Source: a virus. Taken from it: DNA of 64,000 nt. Position numbers and translations under genes: made by a program. The notes under the pieces are model-generated. The model saw nothing but the letters and a program-made list of their open reading frames with translations. It ran no database searches and was not told where the DNA came from. Below, one piece after another: positions 54,999 through 64,000 of this stretch (the first letter of the stretch is position 1; each line of letters starts with the position of its first letter). The stretch is from IMG/VR virus record IMGVR_UViG_2843860951_000002, positions 16,041 to 80,040 of that record; one strand, written 5' to 3'.

Positions 54999-55832
54999 AT
55001 GCAAGGTATCCCGAGAACGATGTTGAAGAAAAGATCAAAATATTCCAATGTGGGGGTATACATAAATCCATATTATGGTCAGCCCTATCCAACCCCAAGA
55101 GCGCTCATGAACAGTCTAAAAAAAGCCAAAAGATCTGTAAAAGAGCTTCTCTCTTTACTCAAGTATTACCACCAGTTCAGGAATATCGCGCGGAGCGTTC
55201 ACGACTTTGAAGTGGTTTCTGTGGGAGATCATTGCCTGACAGCTTCTGTTCTCAAAAACCTTGGCCTTAAAAAGAAATCTTATCCATTTGATTGGATATT
55301 TAGCGATATCCGCATGGTCAACCATTGCATTCAGGATGGATTTTCAACATTTTTAGATAGATCACAGCACATAAAAATTGCTGACACTGAAAAACTCTCA
55401 CCGGATGCAAATTTTTGTGATCATGGATATTACAAAGAACACTATGGCGTTCTCTTTGCATTTAATCACTATGATATATCTGTTGATAATGTTTACAAAT
55501 ATTATCAACGCTGCGTTAACAGGTTTATAAACCTGTTAAATTCAGATACGGAAGTTATATTTATCTGTATTTCTCAAAGAATTTGTCAGAATGACTTTAA
55601 TGAGCTGTCAAAAACTCTAACGCTTTATAAAAACAAGTATCTCCTGGCTTTGAATTTTATTCAGCGTGATGATCATCTTTACACATGCAACATCACCGCA
55701 GAAACGGAGAATGCTCTTTTATATTCCATTTCCCGCAAAGAAAGTATTGACGGCACAGATTTTCAATCAACACAGGACTTTATGAGCTTTATGATGGTTT
55801 TTTCCTCATTTATTTTATCTAAAAATAAATAG
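54999..55832 (+). CDS. DUF1796 (putative papain-like peptidase) protein
   Basis: VSVG..C......K.LGL...SYPFDWIFS, F.H.D, Y.RC..RF. Confidence 0.8.
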   Translation: MQGIPRTMLKKRSKYSNVGVYINPYYGQPYPTPRALMNSLKKAKRSVKELLSLLKYYHQFRNIARSVHDFEVVSVGDHCLTASVLKNLGLKKKSYPFDWIFSDIRMVNHCIQDGFSTFLDRSQHIKIADTEKLSPDANFCDHGYYKEHYGVLFAFNHYDISVDNVYKYYQRCVNRFINLLNSDTEVIFICISQRICQNDFNELSKTLTLYKNKYLLALNFIQRDDHLYTCNITAETENALLYSISRKESIDGTDFQSTQDFMSFMMVFSSFILSKNK

Positions 55833-56173
55833 TAATTATAAAAACATCCATAAAATATTTTCACACTTATTATTGAGCGTTTTTAATTTATTGTGTTTTG
55901 AATTGTAACTTCTTTCCTACTTAATGGTAGCGAATGCTGCAACACATCAAAATACAAACAATTGATGAAAGCCTACCCCATCAAACTTTCGCCGCATATT
56001 CGTGGCATAAAACCCTCAGCCAAGAGCCTGTCCGCTACCTATGGCGGCTCTTGGTCACTTTTTTCTCCAAAAATCTGACCGCACCACTAGCAACCGCCAG
56101 CCCACAGCAAACACAATGATGGCGAGGAACATACCCCCGCCACCAACAATCATCCCGCATTCAAAATCCGGTG

Positions 56174-56374
56174 TCATGCCTCCTGAATATCCGCATTATC
56201 GGCCTTGCACTTGGCAAATATTGCTTCAATGTCTGCAACGGTAGGGCCAGTTTTGCTTTTGGACTGTTCAATGGCTTCTTTCACCGTTTCGTAAACTTCT
56301 GGCCCGTATTTCTCGGCCAGACCTGCCACAGTAGTTACAACACCCAGAATGGCACTGATTTCTGCTGCGTTCAT
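56174..56374 (-). CDS. Small phage lysis-region protein
   Basis: 66 aa after the lipoprotein gene. Confidence 0.55.
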   Translation of the reverse strand: MNAAEISAILGVVTTVAGLAEKYGPEVYETVKEAIEQSKSKTGPTVADIEAIFAKCKADNADIQEA

Positions 56375-56376
56375 AG

Positions 56377-56757
56377 TTACTTACTCCCGCCAATGGCTGC
56401 GCAGGCGTCCGGCGTGGTGCCAGTTTTCAGCCCTGCCCAGCATGTTTCAAAAGATGCGAAGTCTGTTTGCAATGCAGTTACTGCCGTTTCGGTAATGCTG
56501 TTACCGCCTTCAATAGAAGTTTCCAGAGACTGGATTTCATTGAACACAGTCTGGCTGGCCGTCTTGGCAATAGCCTTCTGCGTATCAGTCAGCGCCACTC
56601 CGGGCACTTTGCCTGCCATTACGTCTGGCATCGGATGAGCCAGAACATGGTAGGCACTGTCCACATCGTAAACAGCTTGGCGCAATTTGCCCTGTGAGGT
56701 ATCGGCACAGGCAGCCAGAAGGGGCAGCAGCCCCAGAGCGAGAAATACTTTCTTCAT
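56377..56757 (-). CDS. Lipoprotein (o-spanin candidate)
   Basis: MKKVFLALGLLPLLAAC lipobox; true start 56757. Confidence 0.7.
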   Translation of the reverse strand: MKKVFLALGLLPLLAACADTSQGKLRQAVYDVDSAYHVLAHPMPDVMAGKVPGVALTDTQKAIAKTASQTVFNEIQSLETSIEGGNSITETAVTALQTDFASFETCWAGLKTGTTPDACAAIGGSK

Positions 56758-57122
56758 TTCGTATCGTCTTTTGGAATGGTGACAACAGAACCTAGCCCTG
56801 TCTTGGATGTTTCGGATTTGGAAGACATGCTGCCGCGCAGAATAAGCACAGCATTTGCTGCATACTTCCAGTTGAGGGCAAGGAAGTTGAGGATCCGGTA
56901 AAGCAGCCACAGCTTGCCGGACTGATTGGCCGGAAGTGGGATCTGTGTTGCCGCCGCTCCTGCTGCTGCAAACACAACACAGGCATAAAGCACCCACGTC
57001 GCTTCCGGCTGAGGGAGTGCCGTAACCATAGCTGGCAGAGACAAGCCAGCCGTAACGGCTTTGGCTGTCTGTGCCAGAACGGCAGAGCGTTTTGGCACTA
57101 CGGGAACCGGTGCATCAGTCAT
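56754..57122 (-). CDS. Membrane protein (holin or i-spanin candidate)
   Basis: Hydrophobic helices; L...LN.LALN..YA.N. Confidence 0.55.
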   Translation of the reverse strand: MTDAPVPVVPKRSAVLAQTAKAVTAGLSLPAMVTALPQPEATWVLYACVVFAAAGAAATQIPLPANQSGKLWLLYRILNFLALNWKYAANAVLILRGSMSSKSETSKTGLGSVVTIPKDDTK

Positions 57123-57278
57123 GCGCCATGCCTCCACGCAGGCTGGTAGGCAGCGTGTTGATCTCTACAACTTCAATCGTGAGGTTCCCGTTCGGGCTAC
57201 GGTGCATTCTTGAACCCCATCGCACGTCTAGCTCGTCGGCGACAGCGCGTGCGATTTCTCTTATTTCGTTTTTTGTCA

Positions 57279-57710
57279 TCAACCTTCTCCAAAAGGCCCC
57301 ACGCGGTAAAAGGCGTGATGACCAATCGTGCAGCAGTAAAATTGCGAAGAAGCCCAAGCAGGGCGTGGGGAGCGCGTGTCATAGTAATGATCCGCTCCTT
57401 TCGTCATGTCCGTGAGGTGTCCGCCCACAAGCGCCTGCGCTAATGCAAGGGCCTCACGAAACTGCGGGTCCATATCTGTGACGGTTAGAATCTTGGAAAG
57501 ATTCACATCCGCCGCATTCCAGCACGAAAACTGCCATGGATGCAGGAACACGCTACACAGATCATGCCCCCACCATGCAGGGCGGCTGGCACGGTTACGG
57601 CCAACGCACAGCACTGCGGCCATGCCGTTATTGCCCTCGCCCCGCGCCTCTCCCCATGCCGTGCGCGCACCAACCTGTACCGGGTCGGACATCCATGATG
57701 CGGGGATCAT
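57279..57710 (-). CDS. Endolysin, SleB-like cell wall hydrolase
   Basis: ARTAWGEARGEG..G..AV..V..NR, QFSCWN, T.GA.HYY, IG.H.FY. Confidence 0.9.
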   Translation of the reverse strand: MIPASWMSDPVQVGARTAWGEARGEGNNGMAAVLCVGRNRASRPAWWGHDLCSVFLHPWQFSCWNAADVNLSKILTVTDMDPQFREALALAQALVGGHLTDMTKGADHYYDTRSPRPAWASSQFYCCTIGHHAFYRVGPFGEG

Positions 57711-58213
57711 GCCACCTCCATTTCACGCGGGGGCAGAATGGACTGCGTTGTCTGAGGTTGGGGCGCGGGCTGCGTTGGCACATCCCACGGCTCGCGCCAG
57801 TGCAGCCATTTTACCCAGATCGTGCTGGCCACTTCCTGATCGGAAAGTAAGGTGGAACCAACTGCTGCGCCAAGTGTGCAGAAAATACCCACAATAACCG
57901 CCAGTTTTTTCCAACGTCGCAAACTGTCTTCTGCTAGCCTGTTGCGTTCTTCTTGCGCACCGGTATGCGCCGCCAACTGGCGGGTAAGGTCGGAAAGCTG
58001 AATACCAATCCGGTCCATACCGGCATTGGTGGCCTGCTGACGCGCATTGCCCTCTGCGCGCACCGCAGCAATATCCCGGCTGATGCTATCCAGTTTTCCG
58101 TCTGTAACGTCCTGCCTTTTTTCTACAGCAGCAAGGCGTTCTTCATGATCATCCAGACGTGCGTGCACACCATCAGCCACGCAGGGGGTGCCCGCGCTCT
58201 GTTCATCTGTCAT
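57707..58213 (-). CDS. Coiled-coil plus TM protein (holin-associated)
   Basis: Long heptad region then one TM helix; precedes the endolysin. Confidence 0.6.
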   Translation of the reverse strand: MTDEQSAGTPCVADGVHARLDDHEERLAAVEKRQDVTDGKLDSISRDIAAVRAEGNARQQATNAGMDRIGIQLSDLTRQLAAHTGAQEERNRLAEDSLRRWKKLAVIVGIFCTLGAAVGSTLLSDQEVASTIWVKWLHWREPWDVPTQPAPQPQTTQSILPPREMEVA

Positions 58214-58225
58214 TACTTTTGTCCG

Positions 58226-58259
58226 AAAAAAGGTGGGCCACCCGCTTAAGGGTGACCCA
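58226..58259 (-). terminator. Intrinsic terminator after the CotH-like gene
   Basis: GGGTCACCC-TTAAGC-GGGTGGCCC plus T-run on the minus strand. Confidence 0.6.
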
Positions 58260-58264
58260 TGCGG

Positions 58265-59743
58265 TTATGCCCCGCTATAGCCCCACTGCGCATCAATCCA
58301 TGCAATACGTGTAGATGCATAGTTCATGATGTAAGATACACTTTCTTTTTCAATATTCATGCTGACATCAATAGAACCCGTTGCACCGGTCAGTGACCAA
58401 TTCTCCAGATCCTGCTGCATCATTGTTGGATCAATCAGCCCAACATAATCAGCAATCCAACGCTGAATACGCCTTGCATCAATAATCCCTGCCTTACGTA
58501 ACTGAACCCAACGTGCACGCAGTTCTGGACGAAAAACACTGTGCATTAACTGAAAGAATCCAGGATTCTGCCACCCATAGTTGTTTGGGTTTTCCATAAC
58601 CCATCCAATCTGATCCGCATCCGATTGGGTGCCGCCCACGCCTATAATCAGACCCCATGTCTCATCACAGTCGTACAACCACATATGCCATACCCCAGAT
58701 GTGGCTGTAGCGTTCCAACTGCCCAGTTCAAAGTTATTCTGCATGCTGTCATACGAACCTGCCAGCTCACAGATCAGCACATAATCCAGAAATGACTGGA
58801 GATCGATATACTGATAATACGTTGCGCGGGCATCTATGTTTCCAGAAACACAATCACCCAACCACTTTACAATACGTGAACATGCGGCGTTGATACCTGG
58901 TGCAGATGTGGAAATATCATCCTGATCATCATACCCAGAAATCGCGGGGGACTGTACGGTCCATTCTGTAGATAAAAATGTACCGTTCCAGATATTACCC
59001 GCATGCTGCGGCTGAATTAAAACATGCTGGTTATTGCTATCATCCATAAGATAATCTGGAAGATCAGCAGGAGAACGCAGCACATACATACCTAGAAATG
59101 TACCATTCTGCCAAAGTTCGGCAGGAAAACCTTCTGTTGTAAGCAGGGCAGATGTATGGATACCCAGATCAGTGCCATCAAAATACTGGTAGGCTTCTTT
59201 AGGGGCCAATAAGCCTGTTGAAGCTTTGCGCATATCGCGCCAGATAGCCGTCGTCAGGCTATCACGCACAAGAGTGCGATCCGTACCATACCCTTTCAGC
59301 GTCACACTTGTCATGGGGAACCAGTCACCAATACGAAGTGATAACTTATTTCCTGTACTGGAATTTTTTAGTTTCAGTTTCCAGTTCTGTTTCAAAGCCC
59401 CTTGCGAAGATTGCCCTTGAGTCTGCCACGTACCAGAGGCTGAAAACAGCGGTGTTGTGCCTTCAAAAAAAGAAACAGACATGGAAGGCGTTGTGCTGGT
59501 TGTAGGCAGATCACCTTCAATCAGAATGCGCCATGGCCGCGTTGGTTTGGAAAGAGTAATGTAATCCCACTGGTCAGACGTATTATTCGCACCAAACTGA
59601 ACAAGCCCGCCGTTGCTGAATACACCTGTGGTCGGTGTTGCTACCTTAGCCAAAGATCTGTCTCCCGTAATAACGGGATGCACCATCCCACATAATTTCC
59701 ACACGGCAGACAGCACCAATACGGCTATCCACAAAGGCACCAC
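58265..59743 (-). CDS. CotH kinase-family protein
   Basis: K.NWKLKL, D.TL.RD, NG.FLGMY.L, IDL.SF.DY...E...D..NN, YD.D.TWG; start may be TTG near 59653. Confidence 0.75.
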   Translation of the reverse strand: MVPLWIAVLVLSAVWKLCGMVHPVITGDRSLAKVATPTTGVFSNGGLVQFGANNTSDQWDYITLSKPTRPWRILIEGDLPTTSTTPSMSVSFFEGTTPLFSASGTWQTQGQSSQGALKQNWKLKLKNSSTGNKLSLRIGDWFPMTSVTLKGYGTDRTLVRDSLTTAIWRDMRKASTGLLAPKEAYQYFDGTDLGIHTSALLTTEGFPAELWQNGTFLGMYVLRSPADLPDYLMDDSNNQHVLIQPQHAGNIWNGTFLSTEWTVQSPAISGYDDQDDISTSAPGINAACSRIVKWLGDCVSGNIDARATYYQYIDLQSFLDYVLICELAGSYDSMQNNFELGSWNATATSGVWHMWLYDCDETWGLIIGVGGTQSDADQIGWVMENPNNYGWQNPGFFQLMHSVFRPELRARWVQLRKAGIIDARRIQRWIADYVGLIDPTMMQQDLENWSLTGATGSIDVSMNIEKESVSYIMNYASTRIAWIDAQWGYSGA

Positions 59744-60056
59744 CTTCTGGCCAGACTACGTTATCCGACCAAGTAATTTCGCAATTACCACCATAAGGCT
59801 GCTGAATAACCACATGCATCATCTGCAATTCACCGGTATTGCCGCCACTAATATTAAGCGTGCAATTCTGGTTTGGAAGGATGCGATACCCGATATGGCC
59901 ACAAGTGGCGAATACAAGGTTACAAGCGGAACCAGAGTTTGGCAGGGTTAGCATTGGAATACCACTTGTTACGGCATCCACAACCTGAGCGCCGGAGAGG
60001 GTGTTTCCACCCGCTCCTGTTGCCACCCCTGCTGAAAAATCAAGCAGGGTTGGCAT
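59646..60056 (-). CDS. Phage tail-associated hypothetical protein
   Basis: L.Q...G...ITW...V.WP.G, a motif typical of fibre-associated proteins. Confidence 0.6.
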   Translation of the reverse strand: MPTLLDFSAGVATGAGGNTLSGAQVVDAVTSGIPMLTLPNSGSACNLVFATCGHIGYRILPNQNCTLNISGGNTGELQMMHVVIQQPYGGNCEITWSDNVVWPEGGAFVDSRIGAVCRVEIMWDGASRYYGRQIFG

Positions 60057-61094
60057 TATGCATTCCCCTTAGATTCAAGCGCTGCTACGCGTGTTGTCAG
60101 AGCAGAAATGCTGCCAGAAATACCGGCCAGAACAACCGGGAACACTTCTTCATAACGCAGCATCTGGATAGATTTCTGCGCGCCAGAGGCATCTACATTC
60201 GCCACTTGTGTTAACTTGCCATCCGTTTCTGTTACTGTGAACATGGCAGTTTTCGTCCACATGGCAAAATCAGATGGATTCAAACCTACATTGGTAATGG
60301 CAGCCTCAATATCCTGCGCCAGATAACCAACATGGAAACGGGCTTTATCTGCACCTTTTGCCACAATAGAAGAATTAAGCTGGTACACCTACCGGCTGAA
60401 CTGTAGCCAACGCGGCCACAAGTTTCTGGCCATCTGCATAAGCCGTATCACCCAGTTTGCCTACAACGGTTTTAAGATTGGCATCAGATGTTACTACAGC
60501 GGCATTCTGCGAATAAACGGTATTCACAGGCTGTGAGGCAAGACCAATATTCAGGGAGCCTGAAGAACGACCTGTCAGAACAGTACCGTCCAAATAACGT
60601 CCGAAATTCTTGGCACCATCCGGGCTGAGACAGTTCAGGTAGTCAGAAAACTGCTGCACACCAGAATCTGTTGTAATGGTATAAATTGGCCGAGCACTCT
60701 GCCCCAGCGTAATTGCAGAGGAAGTTGAGCCATAGTTCAGATAACTGCTGCCTGTTATAGGATTTACAGGAAGCGTAACACTGTTATCAGATGCAATGCC
60801 CAATACACCACTGGGTGCATTAATTGCAGACTGCGCAATATATGTGCTGCCCAGATTACTAATAGCTGTTTGTGCTGCCGTTGCCGTAGAAACAGCATTT
60901 GCAGCCGTTGTTTTTGCATCAGAAGCATCTGTTTGTGCTGCCGTTGCTGCGCTCTGTGCAGTTGCTACAGCCGTAGCATTATCCGAAACAGACTTGCCCA
61001 GAGCAGCAAGAGTCTGACTTGTTGTACTTCCTGTTGCCGTAATAGAACAAGCAGAAAGATCAAGGCCCGTAGGTGCGCCGTAAGTTGTAGCCAT
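60056..61094 (-). pseudogene. Tail-fibre protein with Peptidase_S74 chaperone domain, frameshifted
   Basis: SD.NLKT...L..VQPV in one frame, YQL...RFHVGYLAQDI in the next; ..CCG GTA [G] GTG TAC.. near 60385-60395. Confidence 0.75.
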
Positions 61095-61100
61095 GTGAAA

Positions 61101-61826
61101 TTACTCCGAAATGGCGCATAGAACGCCGATATTATTAAGGGTATTAGGAAAGAAAATACTGCCATCTGTCAGGACAATTCCGGTATCAGAATCTGCTGAC
61201 AAACCTGCGGGCATGGTGCTGGTGCCATTGGTATAAGCTGCCGGCGCGATATAGACATTTCCATTCATCGTGAAATCCGATGGAATGGCACCAACAACGG
61301 TGGGGCGCGATACAACAGAACCACCCAAAACAGTGAGGTAATCACCATCCTGCATAGCTGTAGACATTTCAGAAAGTGAAATATCTCCTGATTTTGTGCG
61401 CACCTTTGCGCTTTCGTCCAGAGTTAAAAGCGGCTTGAGTGTGGCTGTCTGGGTTTGCGTAGCGGGGGAAACAGAAATAGCAGACTGCAAAGTCGTACCA
61501 TCTGTCAGCGCCAAGTTTCCGCTGGCATCTAGGGCTGCCACGCCATTTGCTGTGCCACGGGCAGCATTTACGCCATTGGTTGCATTTTCTGTAGCCTGTG
61601 CTGCCTGTGCAGTAGCTGTGGTTGCTGCCGTCTGCGCCGCTGTTACTGCATCTGATAAACCGATAGTTTCAGAAATACCCTGAGCCAAAACAGAAACCGG
61701 AACCTGTTCGGCCTGCGTTGTGCCTGATGATGTAACAATACCCACAAGTGTATCCGTAGCGGATACAGCACTCGCCTGCGGCAAAGACGAGATAGGGGTG
61801 CCGGAGGACGTAGTCGTCCCCGACAT
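61101..61826 (-). CDS. Tail-fibre-associated Ala/Thr-rich protein
   Basis: IS.LPQAS.V..TD.L.G, GTANGVA.LD..G; start MSGTT. Confidence 0.6.
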   Translation of the reverse strand: MSGTTTSSGTPISSLPQASAVSATDTLVGIVTSSGTTQAEQVPVSVLAQGISETIGLSDAVTAAQTAATTATAQAAQATENATNGVNAARGTANGVAALDASGNLALTDGTTLQSAISVSPATQTQTATLKPLLTLDESAKVRTKSGDISLSEMSTAMQDGDYLTVLGGSVVSRPTVVGAIPSDFTMNGNVYIAPAAYTNGTSTMPAGLSADSDTGIVLTDGSIFFPNTLNNIGVLCAISE

Positions 61827-62224
61827 TATTTGCGTTCGCCCATAAGGACGCCTCCATTTTTTGAAACGGGATTCCGAGCGGCGATATGCGCCGTTATTCG
61901 GAAATCTCCTGAATTTTACATCTGGAATGATACTTTTCATTCCCGAGATGATGAAGCAGGAATAACAGTGACCACGCAGGAACGTCAAGAACAAAATGAG
62001 AACAAATGTTCTTGCCATGAGCAGAATATCCACCCGAGCTGGAAGAATCCCGTTTCAGAATAGAGACTTGCGGCGAATAACCTTGAGGTGACGTATTTTG
62101 CTGCTTAAAAGCCAATAGGTATGGCGATGCCTGATCTTATGATGCCGCAGACATATGTTACTGCACCTGCATGGAGCAATAAAAGCAAGCCACCCCGCAA
62201 ACATTTGGTCGAAAAAGGAAAAAA

Positions 62225-62614
62225 ATGCGCTATCCAATTGTAATTGAACCGGGAACTGAAACCACTTCTTATGGTGTCATATTCCCTGATCTTCCCGGAT
62301 GCTTCTCCGCCGGTGATACATTGGACCAAGCTGTTAAAAACGCATCGGAAGCTGCTGCACTGTAGATTGAAGATGCGTTGGATGGCGGTAGAAAAGTGCC
62401 TGCCCCTTCCTCTTTGGAGAAGGTTCGAGAGAATCCAGAATGGAAAAACTGGAGTGTTGGCTTTGCAGATGTTGATCCTATGCTGTTCGATACAACTGCC
62501 GAGCGTGTGAATATCACCCTGCCCCGTCGTGTTCTTGTCCGGCTGGATAGACGCGCAAAGGAGGAAGGTGAAACCCGCTCTGAATTTATCGCACGTCTGG
62601 TTATGAGCGCGTAA
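62225..62614 (+). pseudogene. hicB: HicB antitoxin with an internal stop codon
   Basis: MRYPIVIE..SYGVIFPDLPGCFSAGDTLDQAV.NASEA..L*IED..RVNITLP..L..LD; TAG at 62363-62365. Confidence 0.88.
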
Positions 62615-62732
62615 TAACGCCAGCAAGTACAGAGTGTGTATGCATGAATGGAAGCACTTACTATCTTAACTTATAGATATATAAATACAGGCTCTATTTA
62701 GAAAATAGAACCTGTATGAAAGAATGATCTAC

Positions 62733-64000
62733 TTAAGCAGAATATGCTTTTGCTATCTGCTGTTTATAAACCAAATAAGGCCCAGCAGCACGAACAGTAA
62801 TAGAAAGAATTCCCATTTTATCATGGGGCAAAAGATCACCAAGGGGCAATGCAGCATTGCCGTTGGTCCATGCACAATCCGTCCAATCTGTAGCGTGCCA
62901 GCCCTCGGGCTTTTCTACCTGTAAGTGTGCTGTAATGTTATGCTGCTGCTTGGCAGAAAGCAGATGTATATCTGTAACAGCAACTCCTAAGTAACGGCGA
63001 TCATCCACAAATGGCCCGATAACATCTGCTGGACGGCTGGCACGTGAAATAATGCGCACAGATTGCGTGCCGGAAGGCAGCATAAAGCTATACTGGTGCA
63101 TGGTTCGGCGCATGGGATGCACAATAGCACCTGTATCTGTTATTAAATGCAGGTCAGGATCATTGGTAATTTCCGATTTTTCCAGCGGCACCAAACAGCC
63201 AATCACACTATTTTCGCGCCACTCCAAAGCTCGGAACAAAGTCTCAACAAATGAGCGTTCAACACACAGAGGCGCTCCCGCATCCTTTTTCCAGCTTTTA
63301 GCTTCACCCCGCAATGTGACAACCTTACATTCCTGACGGAAAGACGAGCGGTTGCCGGTATCCAGATAGCTTTCTGTCAGTACGCCATCGGCAGTGATAA
63401 CAGAGTGCTGATCCGTTTCTACATGATAGTAATCATATGAAAAAATAGATTTATCGTAGAAAATGGATGCATTATTCACAAGCATCCGAACGGGCACAAA
63501 TCTATCTTTGAAAAATAGACAATGCTCCGGTGTAATCAGCATATCCTTGTAAGGAACGCCATCTGCAATAGCATCCTTAAGGATGCGCACTGGCCAGCCA
63601 GCCTCATCATCTGAACGTTCTGGATGGACTGTGGCATGCGCTTTACCAACCCATACAACCGACCGTGTGATGTTCTTGTTGCTTTTCCAATCAAAGGCAA
63701 CAAGTTGATCACCAATCTGGATGTCTTCTACCGCAACGTCACCATCCGCTGTGCGTATCATGCTTCCCGAGAGGAAACATGTAATTGTTACCGTATCTCC
63801 ATCAAAAACGTAGTCGTCCTTACTGTAACCGGGAGCAAATGTAACTTTGGCAACTATAGCCCCATTTTGATCAACAATTTCACTACCATCTCCGCTCCAG
63901 TGCAGAGTTTTTGACTGACCATTTTCAAAAACAATTTTATCCCGAGGGGAAAGATTGTTTATTGTAACTTCTGTACCGTAGTTTTTAATATTCAGGGTAT
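62733..64000 (-). CDS. Hint-domain protein (5' end off window)
   Basis: TCFLSGSMIRT.DG...VE.I.IGD, PVRI...A.....P..D...TPEH, YYHVET..HSVI.ADG..TESYLDTGNR; frame open to the window edge. Confidence 0.9.
   Translation of the reverse strand, partial: TLNIKNYGTEVTINNLSPRDKIVFENGQSKTLHWSGDGSEIVDQNGAIVAKVTFAPGYSKDDYVFDGDTVTITCFLSGSMIRTADGDVAVEDIQIGDQLVAFDWKSNKNITRSVVWVGKAHATVHPERSDDEAGWPVRILKDAIADGVPYKDMLITPEHCLFFKDRFVPVRMLVNNASIFYDKSIFSYDYYHVETDQHSVITADGVLTESYLDTGNRSSFRQECKVVTLRGEAKSWKKDAGAPLCVERSFVETLFRALEWRENSVIGCLVPLEKSEITNDPDLHLITDTGAIVHPMRRTMHQYSFMLPSGTQSVRIISRASRPADVIGPFVDDRRYLGVAVTDIHLLSAKQQHNITAHLQVEKPEGWHATDWTDCAWTNGNAALPLGDLLPHDKMGILSITVRAAGPYLVYKQQIAKAYSA

Larger units (their letters stand above)
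56040..62614. mobile_element. Decayed second prophage remnant (fibre and lysis module, hicB pseudogene)
   Basis: Minus-strand fibre genes, CotH, holin-like genes, endolysin and lipoprotein; one frameshift and one nonsense lesion; no head, replication or integrase genes. Confidence 0.75.

Noticed and set aside
62733-64000. Hint domain as an intein in a phage gene
   Set aside because: The layout matches a standalone Hint-domain surface-type protein, not an insertion in a conserved host protein.

Overview
The window looks like an acetic acid bacterium genome (Acetobacter-like; inferred from gene content, not a database search). Three phage-derived units account for most of it. (1) Positions <1 to ~50.8 kb hold a contractile-tailed (myovirus-type) prophage that looks intact in the part visible here: tail, head and packaging genes on the minus strand, a replication region, a cI/cro switch with four operators, ERF/exonuclease recombination genes, xis and int. 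Its baseplate, fibre and lysis genes are presumably left of the window. (2) A 13,536-bp satellite-like integrative element (15349-28892) sits inside that prophage's major capsid gene. It is bounded by an 8-bp att core (TTCCGTGA) and inverted IHF-consensus sites, and precise excision would restore a 464-aa capsid ORF in frame. It has a PICI-like core (tyrosine integrase, AlpA/Xis, Prim-Pol, helicase, ori, XRE regulator) and its own TerS/TerL, but no portal or capsid gene. It also carries a partial tail module (frameshifting chaperone pair, gp10-like protein, second tape measure protein). Three of its proteins resemble the helper at likely docking ends: the TerL C-terminal peptide, a mini-scaffold, and a tape-measure 3' end that is identical to the helper's over 129 bp. 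This is the candidate novel system: a satellite that disables its helper's capsid gene, would borrow the head and supplies its own tail core. The functional model is inference and novelty could not be checked against the literature. (3) After a few host genes (nuclease, acyltransferase, glycosyltransferase) lies a decayed second prophage remnant (lysis genes, CotH-like protein, frameshifted fibre gene, hicB pseudogene), then a Hint-domain protein running off the right edge. No rRNA, tRNA or CRISPR array was seen.
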